Shown here piece by piece: positions 1-9,384 of a stretch of 20,000 nt of DNA. A program made the position numbers and the translations under genes. Source of the stretch: an uncultured virus (IMG/VR IMGVR_UViG_3300044723_011150) (lineage: Duplodnaviria > Heunggongvirae > Uroviricota > Caudoviricetes); IMG/VR virus record IMGVR_UViG_3300044723_011150, one strand, 5' to 3'. Numbering within the stretch: position 1 is the first letter of the stretch; each line of letters opens with the position of its first letter. The notes under the pieces are model-generated. The model had not been told where the DNA came from. It made no database searches and was given only the letters and a program-made list of their open reading frames with translations.

Positions 1-253
1 GTTGCTTAAATGTAGGAAGATAGTGCTTTGCATATCCACAACAAACATCTACATCAGCCTGTGTAAAAAATCTAAAAATCTGATTAATAAGTCGACGATT
101 CTCAGGTGTTAACTTATCTCGGTAATCTCGAAGATCGTCAGCAAGATTAACTTCATCGGGAAGCCAATGCATATGTTGCTGAGTCTTGTAGTGCTCATAA
201 GCCCAAGGATAATTAAAAGGCTTATAGTATTCTCTTTCTGTCAATAAATTCAT
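1..253 (-). CDS. nrdB: Ribonucleotide reductase class I beta subunit (N-terminal part, runs off the window edge)
   Basis: Not in the ORF track; translated by hand from ATG 253: MNLLTEREYYKPFNYPWAYEHYKTQQHMHWLPDEVNLADDLRDYRDKLTPENRRLINQIFRFFTQADVDVCCGY. It carries the YKPF.YPWA, HW.P.E and FFTQAD motifs of NrdB. The start overlaps the glutaredoxin stop (ATGA). Confidence 0.93.
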   Translation of the reverse strand, partial: MNLLTEREYYKPFNYPWAYEHYKTQQHMHWLPDEVNLADDLRDYRDKLTPENRRLINQIFRFFTQADVDVCCGYAKHYLPTFKQ

Positions 254-489
254 ACTACTTTTTCTCCATTCTCAAAGTATGCTTTGAGACTGTCATAACC
301 TCCTATATGAACACCTCCTACAATAATTTGAGGAACTGTTTTACAGTTTGGAAATAATTTACTAAATTTAAACATATCATGGCTTACTTCGATACTCTCT
401 ACCTCAAACCCTTTATTCTTTGCTAGCTCTTCTGCCAGATGGCAAAAATGACAATCTTCTGTGCCCCATATTATTATCTTATCCTTCAC
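250..489 (-). CDS. Glutaredoxin (CHFC active site), likely RNR reductant
   Basis: CxxC (CHFC), TVPQI cis-Pro motif and IGGY. The likely start is GTG 489 (MKDKIIIWGTEDCHFC), overlapping the nrdA end, with GAGGGG upstream. The track's 579 start lies deep inside nrdA. Confidence 0.88.
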   Translation of the reverse strand: MKDKIIIWGTEDCHFCHLAEELAKNKGFEVESIEVSHDMFKFSKLFPNCKTVPQIIVGGVHIGGYDSLKAYFENGEKVV

Positions 490-2260
490 AAGCAAGGCAC
501 CCCTCTTCATCCATGCTTTCAAAAATATACTGTCGAAGAGCTTCGTCAGATACATTTTCAGCACGCTTATATGCTTCACTTCGTAAATAATACAAAGTTT
601 TCACTTTCTTTTTCCATGCCATCATGTGAACAGCGTGAAGTTCCTGCTTTGATACGTTTGCAGGAAAAAACACATTTAGAGACTGACTTTGGCAGATATG
701 TTCTTGTCGATCGGCTGCAAGATCAATAAGCCATCTTTGGTCAATTTCAACTGCGGTTTTGAAGACGTCTTTAGTAACTTCGTCCAAAAAGTCAAGATGC
801 TGAACTGAGCCATTGTTCGTAATGATGCTTTTCCATACTTCATCGTTATCTTCTCCTATTTCTTGAAGAATATGTTCCAGGTACTCATTCTTTTGTAAGC
901 TTGAGCCTGACTTAGTCTTCTGAGTAAATGCGTTAGCCCTATAAGGCTCAATACTGGGACTAGTGTTACCACATATAATAGAACTACTAGCATTAGGAGC
1001 AACAGCCAACAAATGAACATTACGAACTCCATAACCTTTTGCATCAGGAGCTTCCCCGCGTTCTTCAGCGAGTTTACGAGTTGCATTGAGTGCCTCCGAT
1101 TTTATATGGCGAAACATTCTCATGTTTGCGCTCTTTGCCATAACTCCTTCAAAAGGCAAATGATGTCTCTGTAAATATGCATGAAAGCCCATTGCGCCAA
1201 GACCAATACTTCTTTCTTGCATTGCACTATATGCCGCTCTCCAAAGCTCACGGGGAGCATTATCAATGAAGTGTGTAAGTACATTGTCAAGCATTGCAAT
1301 TAGATCAGGAATAAAATTTGGGTCGTGTTGCCACTCATCAAATTCTTCCAAGTTTACACTTGATAGACAACATACTGCTGTACGCTCTTCATCCGTTGCA
1401 AGAGTAATCTCACTGCAAAGATTGGAGTGATGTACTTGCAGTCCTAAATCCTTCTGGCACTCTGGTAAAGCTTTCTGGACGGTATCCTTAAACATAATAT
1501 AAGGCTCGCCAGTTTCAACACGATTTTGAATAAGTTTTACCCAAAGTGTTTTTGCAGAAACGGTCTTTGTAACTCTACCAGAATGAGGATCAATCAAATC
1601 CCAGGAGTCATCGAATCCTTCTTCTCTCGTAGCTCCTTCTATAAGATGCATAAACTCATCTGGAATAATTATTCCATGATGCAGATTTACAGACTTACGA
1701 TTTACGTCTCCACCAGTAGGCTTACGAACATCCAAAAACTCTTCTACTTCTGGGTGAGAAATATCAAGATATGCAGCATAGCTGCCTCGACGAGTCACAC
1801 CTTGAGAGAAAGCAAGCATTTCTGCATCAACAACTTTCATAAAAGGAATTACACCCGTACTTTCGGAGCCATTGCTCGTTCTTGAGCCTACACTCCGAAC
1901 TCCGTTCCAGCAACCGCCAATACCACCACCGACACTACTAAGAAAAGCATTTTCCGTATAGTGGTTTGTAAGACCCTCGCGACTATCCTCGACAAAGTTA
2001 AGGAAGCAGCTAATAGGAAGCCCGCGAGTAGTGCCTCCATTAGAAAGTACAGGAGTACTGAACATAAACCAGAGTTTACTAGCATAGTCATATAATCGTT
2101 GTGCATGTTCTTCGTCATTTGCAAAAGCTTTTGCTGCTCGCGCAAATGCGTCTTGAGGAGAAATTTCCCCATCAATTAAATATCGATCCTGAAGAGTTTT
2201 CTTACTAAACTCCGATAGATACCTATCTCGTCGATAATCTACTACTACATTAAACGACAC
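479..2260 (-). CDS. nrdA: Ribonucleotide reductase class I alpha subunit, short form without ATP-cone
   Basis: STPVL, PISCF, SNLCSEI (thiyl radical Cys), VCCLSS, APNASSS, LYYLR (Tyr pair) and C-terminal CLAC. GTG start; 593 aa. Confidence 0.97.
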   Translation of the reverse strand: MSFNVVVDYRRDRYLSEFSKKTLQDRYLIDGEISPQDAFARAAKAFANDEEHAQRLYDYASKLWFMFSTPVLSNGGTTRGLPISCFLNFVEDSREGLTNHYTENAFLSSVGGGIGGCWNGVRSVGSRTSNGSESTGVIPFMKVVDAEMLAFSQGVTRRGSYAAYLDISHPEVEEFLDVRKPTGGDVNRKSVNLHHGIIIPDEFMHLIEGATREEGFDDSWDLIDPHSGRVTKTVSAKTLWVKLIQNRVETGEPYIMFKDTVQKALPECQKDLGLQVHHSNLCSEITLATDEERTAVCCLSSVNLEEFDEWQHDPNFIPDLIAMLDNVLTHFIDNAPRELWRAAYSAMQERSIGLGAMGFHAYLQRHHLPFEGVMAKSANMRMFRHIKSEALNATRKLAEERGEAPDAKGYGVRNVHLLAVAPNASSSIICGNTSPSIEPYRANAFTQKTKSGSSLQKNEYLEHILQEIGEDNDEVWKSIITNNGSVQHLDFLDEVTKDVFKTAVEIDQRWLIDLAADRQEHICQSQSLNVFFPANVSKQELHAVHMMAWKKKVKTLYYLRSEAYKRAENVSDEALRQYIFESMDEEGCLACEG

Positions 2261-3095
2261 TTAACATTCTCCCTTGAATATCTGATATATTATCAGCCCC
2301 GATTGCATCATCGCAATATGTAATTAAATCCATAAGCTCATAGTTTTGTAAAATTTGTTCTGCATTTTCATTTAATGCTTGAATAAATTTATATCTACTT
2401 TCAATTGGAGTTGCATCATAGATATTCATTGCATCTCCGTATTCATCTATAAGCTGTACTGCTCTTTTCGGGCCAATACCAGGAATTCCTGGCACATTGT
2501 CTCCTTTGTCGCCCGTAAGACACTTGAGTGAAATGTATTGATCGGGAGAGCATTCGTAATGGTCACTCCAAGTCTCTAGCGTGACTTCCTTCCTCGTCAC
2601 ATAAGAGAATCGACCTACATTTTCTTGAATCAGAAGATCCCAGTCACGGTCGCTTGAAATAAGCCATATGTATTCTAAGCCATACCTCTCTCTATCTTTC
2701 ACTAGATGTGCTGCAATATCATCTGCTTCTACACCCTTATATCGAAGAACTGTATATCCAGCTTCTTCTAATACTTCTAATGATGCTTCAAACTCTTCAA
2801 AAAACTCTTCAAATGCGATTCGTTCTTCTTCGGTTTGTTCTGCAAACTTCTCTTTTCGATTCTGCTTATAGTCAGGATTTATTTCTTTTCTATAGGTAGA
2901 GGAACCCCAATCTGCCGCAATAATTAATCTTTTACAATCATATGATTTTGCAAGACTTTCAACTGTGCGTTGGTAGTCATAACGAAAGTCTGTACGGCCT
3001 TGATGCTTCCATCGAAAAGCTAAGTTCAGTGCATCTACAATCAAAGTGGTTTTATCACTCGGATTTACTACTTTATCACTGAAACTGAATGCCAT
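2250..3095 (-). CDS. D15: 5'-3' exonuclease / flap endonuclease (T5 D15 family)
   Basis: LIVDALNLAFR, YKQNRK, GVEADD, ISSDRD and LTGDKGDNVPGIPGIGPKRA (H3TH) motifs; T5 synteny. Confidence 0.95.
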   Translation of the reverse strand: MAFSFSDKVVNPSDKTTLIVDALNLAFRWKHQGRTDFRYDYQRTVESLAKSYDCKRLIIAADWGSSTYRKEINPDYKQNRKEKFAEQTEEERIAFEEFFEEFEASLEVLEEAGYTVLRYKGVEADDIAAHLVKDRERYGLEYIWLISSDRDWDLLIQENVGRFSYVTRKEVTLETWSDHYECSPDQYISLKCLTGDKGDNVPGIPGIGPKRAVQLIDEYGDAMNIYDATPIESRYKFIQALNENAEQILQNYELMDLITYCDDAIGADNISDIQGRMLSVV

Positions 3096-3534
3096 TCTTT
3101 AAAAACTCCACTGTTTCCTTTTCGAGCCAATCTTCTGCGAGAAGGACAAAACAGTTAAGAAACTGTATAAACATCCATTCTTCAGTTTGTTTTGGCTGTA
3201 AATTTGTAACTACAAATACAGGAGAACGATTATACTTAAAGAACAATAATGGTTCTTGATCTCCGCCCTCTGCTTGCACTTGCACTTTTTTCCACCAGCG
3301 AATAAGATTATTTGTTTTTTTCGCTGTAAATATTTTATCGTTTAACGGAGACTCTGAATAGTTTTTTACTTCGATACAAAATCTATTCTTTTCGTTCGGA
3401 ACGTATAAATCGCCTTTGAGGTATTCTAGTGCTCCAGAGTTAGGAACTCGTTCAAACTGCAACCCCGTTGCGACCCGCAACATATCTCGTACTAAGTATT
3501 CTCCTCTTGCTCCTTTTGCTCTGCTATCAACCAT
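3076..3534 (-). CDS. D14: T5 D14-like PD-(D/E)XK nuclease (putative Holliday junction resolvase)
   Basis: SRAKGARGE, RVPNSGA, KGDL and IEVKN are resolvase-like motifs; located between D13 and D15 as in T5. Confidence 0.85.
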   Translation of the reverse strand: MVDSRAKGARGEYLVRDMLRVATGLQFERVPNSGALEYLKGDLYVPNEKNRFCIEVKNYSESPLNDKIFTAKKTNNLIRWWKKVQVQAEGGDQEPLLFFKYNRSPVFVVTNLQPKQTEEWMFIQFLNCFVLLAEDWLEKETVEFLKNGIQFQ

Positions 3535-3644
3535 ACCACCTTCTTTTTCTTCTGCTCTGCCAGGTCATCAAGTTCTTGTTTTAGCTCTTGTTCTTTGGCT
3601 TTTTTCAACATCCACATTCTACGCTGTGCTGCTAGTCGATTCAT
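3492..3644 (-). CDS. Small charged hypothetical protein (50 aa)
   Basis: Hand translation: MNRLAAQRRMWMLKKAKEQELKQELDDLAEQKKKKVVWLIAEQKEQEENT*. ATG overlaps the D13 TGA (ATGA), and the ORF fills the D13-D14 gap. Confidence 0.55.
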   Translation of the reverse strand: MNRLAAQRRMWMLKKAKEQELKQELDDLAEQKKKKVVWLIAEQKEQEENT

Positions 3645-5437
3645 TCAAGGGCGCTCACATTTTCTCTCTTTACGACTTCAATTTTCTCAAGAAGAGGGTG
3701 AGTCCATCCGTGGCTTACTACATATGTATTTAGATTTTCTTCGCCGAGTAAAACTTCTACTAGCTTTTCTCGACCTGTTTCATCCAATACATTTATCACT
3801 TCATCTAAAAAGAGAATATTGATTCGTGACTTTGAAATACTACTCATTAGCTTGCGAATCGCTATAAGAGTAGCAGTATTTACTCTTGCCAATTCACCAC
3901 TCGATAAAGCAAGAATATCAACAATGTTTCCATTATCTGTAATTTGCACATTTAGCTTATCATTGGATACAACAAATTCAAGGGTGAAACGCCCGTCAGA
4001 AAGCTCACCCAAATATGTATTTACTAATTCTTCTAGTTCTTTTACTAGATTTTCGATCTTGTATGCAATTAAGCCGTTTGTGCTAAATGCTTTTTTAAGA
4101 ACTTCAAGGTTTGAATATACATCTTCAATACCCTGCAAGGACTCTTCTGCATCTTTTAACTGATTTAAAAACTCTTCTGTTTGTTCCTGAATTACTTGGA
4201 TTCGTGTGTTCTGTCGAGTTCTTCTCTCATTTTCCGACGCTCTCTCCGCCAGAGACTCTTGCATCGAAACCAAGTCAGCTCGTACTCTTCCCAAGCTGCT
4301 TTCAAGCTTTCCTTTATCCAAGAGGGCCACTGGGAGATCTCGATCAATGCTTCGGTAAAGATCTTCCCACTCTCGTTGCATTTTATTTTTATGTTCGAAA
4401 AGCTCATTATTTCGCTTAATTTTTTCAATTCTTGTTGTAATTTCACTCATTTTCTCCTGTGCAAAGGAAATCTTTCCGGCTTCTTCTGTAATCAGTGTTT
4501 GCTTAAAATCTTCTTGTACAGTCTGCTCACAAGTTGGGCATTTGTCTTTTAAATCTTCTAGCTTTTTCATCATTCGTCGAGACCCCGTTACGACCCCGTT
4601 GAGAGTCCCGAGTTCTGACTGTAAAGTGTCATAAGATTCTTTTGCAGATACTTCAATATTCTGAATTTCTTGAATATTGATTTGCTTTAATAGGCTTATG
4701 CACTGATTATTTTGTGAGATTTTTTTATTTTTTTCCGAAATATTTTCAATTTCTTTCGTTAGTGAACGGAATTCATTCTCAAGTTCTTCCGTATCATTTT
4801 CAATTTCTAGCATTGGCAGTATGGTAGTATCCTTCAATTTGTTATCGGACAACCATTTTTCTATCGTTGCTATTTTTGATTTAACTCCGGAAATCTCCAG
4901 AGATAAATTCTTAGATTTTTCTTTGAAAAGCTCAAAAAGCTCAACATACTCTTCAAGGTGCAAAAGATCAATTAAAAACTTTTTACGGTTAGTATCGGTA
5001 GCAGTAAGAAACTGCAAACTAGCATTTGTATTTTGATAAACTAACTGAGAAAATGTTTTAAAATCTGTGCCAATAACTTCTTGAATTGTCTTAAAAGTAT
5101 TTGTAGCAGTATGACTAGATATATCTTCGCCATTCTTTATAAAACTTACTTTTATATTTGCTTTTCTATTTATATCAATTATATACTCATCCTCGTCTTT
5201 TGTAAATTCTAGATGAATATTGTAACCGTCATTTACATAACGATTTGGAATATCTGCTTTTTTAATGCCTTTTGAGTTCTTATTAAATAGTGCTTCTTCA
5301 ATAATTAACGGTATGGAGGACTTCCCCATACCGTTCGTACCAATTATCTGCGTTACTGTATTTTCTTCTAAGTCTAGAACATTTCCAGCGCCATAACTAA
5401 AGCAATTATCCCATTGCAGTTTTTTGAGAGTAATCAT
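3641..5437 (-). CDS. D13: SbcC/Rad50/gp46-like recombination ATPase (T5 D13)
   Basis: Walker A GTNGMGKS, coiled coils, zinc hook CPTC, signature LSSGE, Walker B ILFLDE and VVSH switch. Confidence 0.95.
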   Translation of the reverse strand: MITLKKLQWDNCFSYGAGNVLDLEENTVTQIIGTNGMGKSSIPLIIEEALFNKNSKGIKKADIPNRYVNDGYNIHLEFTKDEDEYIIDINRKANIKVSFIKNGEDISSHTATNTFKTIQEVIGTDFKTFSQLVYQNTNASLQFLTATDTNRKKFLIDLLHLEEYVELFELFKEKSKNLSLEISGVKSKIATIEKWLSDNKLKDTTILPMLEIENDTEELENEFRSLTKEIENISEKNKKISQNNQCISLLKQINIQEIQNIEVSAKESYDTLQSELGTLNGVVTGSRRMMKKLEDLKDKCPTCEQTVQEDFKQTLITEEAGKISFAQEKMSEITTRIEKIKRNNELFEHKNKMQREWEDLYRSIDRDLPVALLDKGKLESSLGRVRADLVSMQESLAERASENERRTRQNTRIQVIQEQTEEFLNQLKDAEESLQGIEDVYSNLEVLKKAFSTNGLIAYKIENLVKELEELVNTYLGELSDGRFTLEFVVSNDKLNVQITDNGNIVDILALSSGELARVNTATLIAIRKLMSSISKSRINILFLDEVINVLDETGREKLVEVLLGEENLNTYVVSHGWTHPLLEKIEVVKRENVSALE

Positions 5438-6365
5438 TAAAAGTACCTACTATATTCTTAATTTTTTCATCGTCCAACTCTAAGATATATGCTAGATACT
5501 CTACTAGCTCTTCTTGAATTGTCATTTCTTTATCAATTACTAAAGCCGCTTCACTACTTCTTTTTACTACTTTTTTATCAAGAAGTTCGCTATTTTTAAC
5601 TGCGGCCAAGTCTTGAATATCTCCCTCTAACTCGTAGATAGTGTGATGAAACTCTGTAGGTAACATTTCATCGGGAGAAGTTACAGTTTTTCGTATTAGT
5701 TGCGGTAAATCAAAAGGTTCCCACATCCAAGCCCAATCTTGAGGATTAATTAGTATGTACCCGGTCTGTACTTCTGTTCTATGAAAAGAAGTAGTCATAG
5801 GACTGCCAGGATATACAATATTTCGCTGACTATTACTATGTGCGTGTAAATCTCCTGCAAATACAACTGGAAAATCTTCAAACCTGTCTAAGTCCACCTC
5901 TGGCTTGACATGGGGAGGAATCTCGCCTCGTACATGAGTAAAGAGAGGAAGGTAGGGATTAAACTGCTCTATACTTTCCTTTCTGTGTAAATCCGCATAA
6001 GGTAATACGCTAAATCCCATATCTTCATCGACATAGGAAATATCCACTATTTGAACTAATGGATTTATGTCTCTACTTACCTGTTTAAGTTGAGTAAAAA
6101 ATGTTTTATTCTTTTTTGTTGCTTCGTGATTGCCGTCATAAATGAGCGTGGGAATCTTTACTTCCCGAATAAACGAGAAGTAAAGTTCCAACTCTTCCAT
6201 GTTCGGCAGACGGTCAAAAAGGTCGCCACCAATAATGTGCATATTGCACTGCTGTTCAAGAGAATGAATCTGCTCGAAAAATAACTTGTAGCGATTTAAT
6301 GCCCACTCGCGTGGTACATTTTTTTGACCTAGCTTTAAATGCCAGTCTGCCGTAAAAAGAATCAT
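5406..6365 (-). CDS. D12: SbcD/Mre11/gp47-like metallophosphoesterase nuclease (T5 D12)
   Basis: ADWH, GGDLFD, GNHE, GDLH and YPGSP metallophosphoesterase motifs; directly upstream of D13. Confidence 0.95.
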   Translation of the reverse strand: MILFTADWHLKLGQKNVPREWALNRYKLFFEQIHSLEQQCNMHIIGGDLFDRLPNMEELELYFSFIREVKIPTLIYDGNHEATKKNKTFFTQLKQVSRDINPLVQIVDISYVDEDMGFSVLPYADLHRKESIEQFNPYLPLFTHVRGEIPPHVKPEVDLDRFEDFPVVFAGDLHAHSNSQRNIVYPGSPMTTSFHRTEVQTGYILINPQDWAWMWEPFDLPQLIRKTVTSPDEMLPTEFHHTIYELEGDIQDLAAVKNSELLDKKVVKRSSEAALVIDKEMTIQEELVEYLAYILELDDEKIKNIVGTFNDYSQKTAMG

Positions 6366-6991
6366 GAAATGGCAAACTCCGCATCAAGTGCTTCATCATC
6401 AATTTCATTTGTGTTTGCCTGACGTACACGGTCAAGCAACTCTTTTTGAGCATCAGGCGTAGGACGAGGCATAACATCATCCATAGACTTCAGATTTGCT
6501 ACAAGCTCAGCTTCGTCATCGTCGAGAGCACGAGGCTTGCACTTCAATACCTGAAGTTGATACTCTACATTGTAGGGCAGAGGGCCAGTCTTAACTCGCT
6601 TGAACTTAACGTCCCAGCCAGTTTCTGCATCAGTAGGATCGCCTAAATCTTCAGCAGCAGTTAGGATTTGTTCCCACAGCTTCTTTTTCAGATTGATGAT
6701 CTTGACTTCGCCATTGTGAATGCACTGCATTACATAGCTCCAGCCACACTTCAGATCAGGGTAGTATTCACGAACCCAATCTTTTTCTTTGTTGTTGAAC
6801 CGCTCTTCATTACGGTCGAAAGACAGACACTCCAAAGGAATGTTTTTGTCATTTTCACCAGTTACCCAGTATACATAGCGAGCGAGAATATCGCCTACAA
6901 GACGTACTGAGTTATCCCCTTCTTGATAAGTAAAGGTTGTAAGACTTGATTTTTGAGCAGCGCCCTTTGATTTGTTAAAGCTTAGTGCCAT
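6362..6991 (-). CDS. D11: Single-stranded DNA-binding protein (T5 D11-like)
   Basis: Acidic C-terminal tail (EIDDEALDAEFAIS), GDPTD..TGWD motif, AGGAG RBS, and position upstream of D12 as in T5. Confidence 0.8.
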   Translation of the reverse strand: MALSFNKSKGAAQKSSLTTFTYQEGDNSVRLVGDILARYVYWVTGENDKNIPLECLSFDRNEERFNNKEKDWVREYYPDLKCGWSYVMQCIHNGEVKIINLKKKLWEQILTAAEDLGDPTDAETGWDVKFKRVKTGPLPYNVEYQLQVLKCKPRALDDDEAELVANLKSMDDVMPRPTPDAQKELLDRVRQANTNEIDDEALDAEFAIS

Positions 6992-7392
6992 TGTGTTTTC
7001 TCCTGTGGGACTTCTTCGTACAGAAAATGTAACTTGTCATCTTCCATATAAAGTAGCCTATTATCTTCTAAGTGTTGAAAGGGATCCATTGGCATTTCCA
7101 ATAGATCAAGTGTAATATCGCCAGAAGCGAAGTATTCGCCAAGAGATCGCATACTAGCAAAAGCTAAGTATATAGAAACGTCTCGACGAGAATGTCTAAA
7201 CGAATTGTATAAAAGAACATCTGGGTGTACCAAAAAACACTCTCCAGTAAAGTTTATTTCATAAAACTTGTATATAGGATCATACTTATTTTTTGGTATA
7301 CTTTGTTTGGCCAACATTTCAAATATCATAAAAATACTTGATGGTTCGCCATTTGCGACAGTGAATATCTTTTTCCAGTCGTATAGAAGCAT
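6982..7392 (-). CDS. Conserved T5-like hypothetical protein between D10 and D11
   Basis: 136-aa ORF on the coding strand filling the gap; T5 has a similarly sized gene here. The start is uncertain (see findings). Confidence 0.7.
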   Translation of the reverse strand: MLLYDWKKIFTVANGEPSSIFMIFEMLAKQSIPKNKYDPIYKFYEINFTGECFLVHPDVLLYNSFRHSRRDVSIYLAFASMRSLGEYFASGDITLDLLEMPMDPFQHLEDNRLLYMEDDKLHFLYEEVPQEKTQWH

Positions 7393-7394
7393 AT

Positions 7395-7434
7395 ATTATA
7401 CTAAAAATATAGTTCCGTGTCAAGAACTTTTTTT
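7395..7434 (-). promoter_or_regulatory. Sigma70-type T5-like promoter, copy 1
   Basis: Minus strand AAAAAAAGTTC-TTGACA (7423-7418), 17-nt spacer, TATAAT (7400-7395). Perfect consensus with an A-rich UP-like element. Confidence 0.88.
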
Positions 7435-8721
7435 CTATCCTATTTGTTGAATTTTCCAACCCTGTTTCATATAAAACCCCATTCTATTGGAAGCTTGCGT
7501 TCTTGCAGTATTTCCTTTTAAATGAATGTCTATTATTGCGGGGGTGGGTTTTCCTTCTTGTTCTCGGATGACTCTTCCGATAAGTTGGGTAAGAAGGGGC
7601 TCATTGTTAATCGGTGTACCGAGTATAAGGACGGATAACGAGTTAACTGAGATACCTTCACTAAATATCGCTTGAGTGCCGAAAAGAACGTTTTTATTTC
7701 CATAGTTTATCTCATTGAGAAGAGTTTCTCTCTGTTCATGTGGGACTTCACCCGTAACACAAATTGCATTTTCTCCAACCAGTTCGGCGCAGCTTCGCAA
7801 AAAATGCACACGATCTGACACCACAAGTACTTTATGGCCTCGTGCCGCATATGTTGCTGCAAGAAGCGCAATGGTGTGTCGATATTCTTCATTGTTTGCA
7901 AGATTTGTTACACGATTTGCCCAAGGAATTCTAGCTCCATCCATGAATCGTATTTCTGATTTTATAATATGTATTTCAGGCGTCATGAAGTTTTCTTTCG
8001 GGGGTTTGAAAACTTTGCTGCCAAAGTAATCGCGAAAGACTACATGTTTGCCATCTTTTCTTTCTATTGTGCCAGATAATCCAATCTTATAGCGAGCATA
8101 ATTTGTGTCGATGACTTTGGAAAAAGTTGGACTACTCACATGATGCATTTCATCCAATATAATTGTTCCAAATTCTTTACGAATCTTCTCGATATTGCGG
8201 TATAAGCTCTGAGTATTCCCAATTACAATAGGAGCATCAAGATCAAACTTACCACTTCCTATAATTCCTGGCGTAATTCCGTAGACTTTCTCTACTTCTT
8301 TTGCCCACTGGTTCCTTAGAGGAACTGTGTGTACAATAACAAGTGTTTTTTGTCCGAGTTTTCCGGCGATCGCCAACCCCGTGAAAGTCTTTCCCCAGCT
8401 TACCCACGCGTTGACGATACAATTATCATCGAGTTCGTCGTAGACGGCCTGTTGAGATTCACGGAGTAAGTACCTAAAATCAGGAAAATCAACAGGCACC
8501 ATAATCCTTTTGTCAACAATTTCATAGTCATTTGGTATAAGGTCCGTTCTTCCAATTGGTATGGTGACAAGATTCTCTCGAATCCTTGCCATATTTTTTA
8601 TAACAATAGGTGGGTCATTTGGATTCTGCGGAGGTATTTTATATGTTAGCTCTTTACTGAGATGCTCTTTGTACTCTCGCGTTACTTCCAAATAAATTCT
8701 ATTGCTAATAACTGCTTTCAT
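7435..8721 (-). CDS. D10: SF2 DExH helicase (T5 D10 / UvsW-like)
   Basis: LRESQ Q-motif, GKT, DEMHH, GLSGT, SEGIS and QLIGRVIR motifs; T5 synteny. Confidence 0.92.
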   Translation of the reverse strand: MKAVISNRIYLEVTREYKEHLSKELTYKIPPQNPNDPPIVIKNMARIRENLVTIPIGRTDLIPNDYEIVDKRIMVPVDFPDFRYLLRESQQAVYDELDDNCIVNAWVSWGKTFTGLAIAGKLGQKTLVIVHTVPLRNQWAKEVEKVYGITPGIIGSGKFDLDAPIVIGNTQSLYRNIEKIRKEFGTIILDEMHHVSSPTFSKVIDTNYARYKIGLSGTIERKDGKHVVFRDYFGSKVFKPPKENFMTPEIHIIKSEIRFMDGARIPWANRVTNLANNEEYRHTIALLAATYAARGHKVLVVSDRVHFLRSCAELVGENAICVTGEVPHEQRETLLNEINYGNKNVLFGTQAIFSEGISVNSLSVLILGTPINNEPLLTQLIGRVIREQEGKPTPAIIDIHLKGNTARTQASNRMGFYMKQGWKIQQIG

Positions 8722-9380
8722 AATCCTAAATCGGTTTTTGCTGTAATATACTGTTTCACAAATTCGCTTCGTACTATATCCTTTATATCAAAGTCAACAA
8801 AGTCAAACTGCTCCATTGCCTTTAAAATACGAACAAATTCCTGTAGTCCATTTTTAGCTAAATCTGATTGCCTGAAGTCTCCACAAAAAATAACTCGGCA
8901 GCCTTGCCCTATTCGAGTTATAATTGAGTCTAGCTCATGAAAGCTCATGTTTTGGCATTCGTCAATCATTATTGTTGCATTTCTAAGTGTAACTCCACGA
9001 ATAAATGAAGTTGTCATAAAATGTACTAAACCCTTTGTTTTTAATATTTCATAAGCATCGCCTCTTTGAAACAGCTCAATACAAATATCTTTGTAAGGCT
9101 CTTCATATACTGATGCTTTTTCTTTTTCATTTCCAGGCAAAAAGCCTATATCACGAGTAGGAACTGCACTTCTTATAATTACTAGCCTTTCATAGATATT
9201 TTTTACCATATCATCGAAGGCAAGATAGCAAGATATAAAAGTTTTTCCTGTTCCTGCAACTCCGTGCAGCATTAAGTTTTTATTACTCTCAAATGCTACA
9301 ACTTGATTTTTAGTTAAAGGCTCAATTTCTTGTAAATCTAAATTTGCTCCCGCAAGAGTCTTTTTTCGTCTAGTAGCCAT
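8718..9380 (-). CDS. phoH: PhoH family ATPase
   Basis: GVAGTGKT, IGFLPG..EK, FIRGVTL, IDECQN, TRIG and GDFRQSD motifs. Confidence 0.95.
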   Translation of the reverse strand: MATRRKKTLAGANLDLQEIEPLTKNQVVAFESNKNLMLHGVAGTGKTFISCYLAFDDMVKNIYERLVIIRSAVPTRDIGFLPGNEKEKASVYEEPYKDICIELFQRGDAYEILKTKGLVHFMTTSFIRGVTLRNATIMIDECQNMSFHELDSIITRIGQGCRVIFCGDFRQSDLAKNGLQEFVRILKAMEQFDFVDFDIKDIVRSEFVKQYITAKTDLGL

Positions 9381-9384
9381 AAAA

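Noticed and set aside
490..579. N-terminal extension of the glutaredoxin in the ORF track
   Set aside because: It lies inside nrdA; the Grx fold begins at GTG 489.
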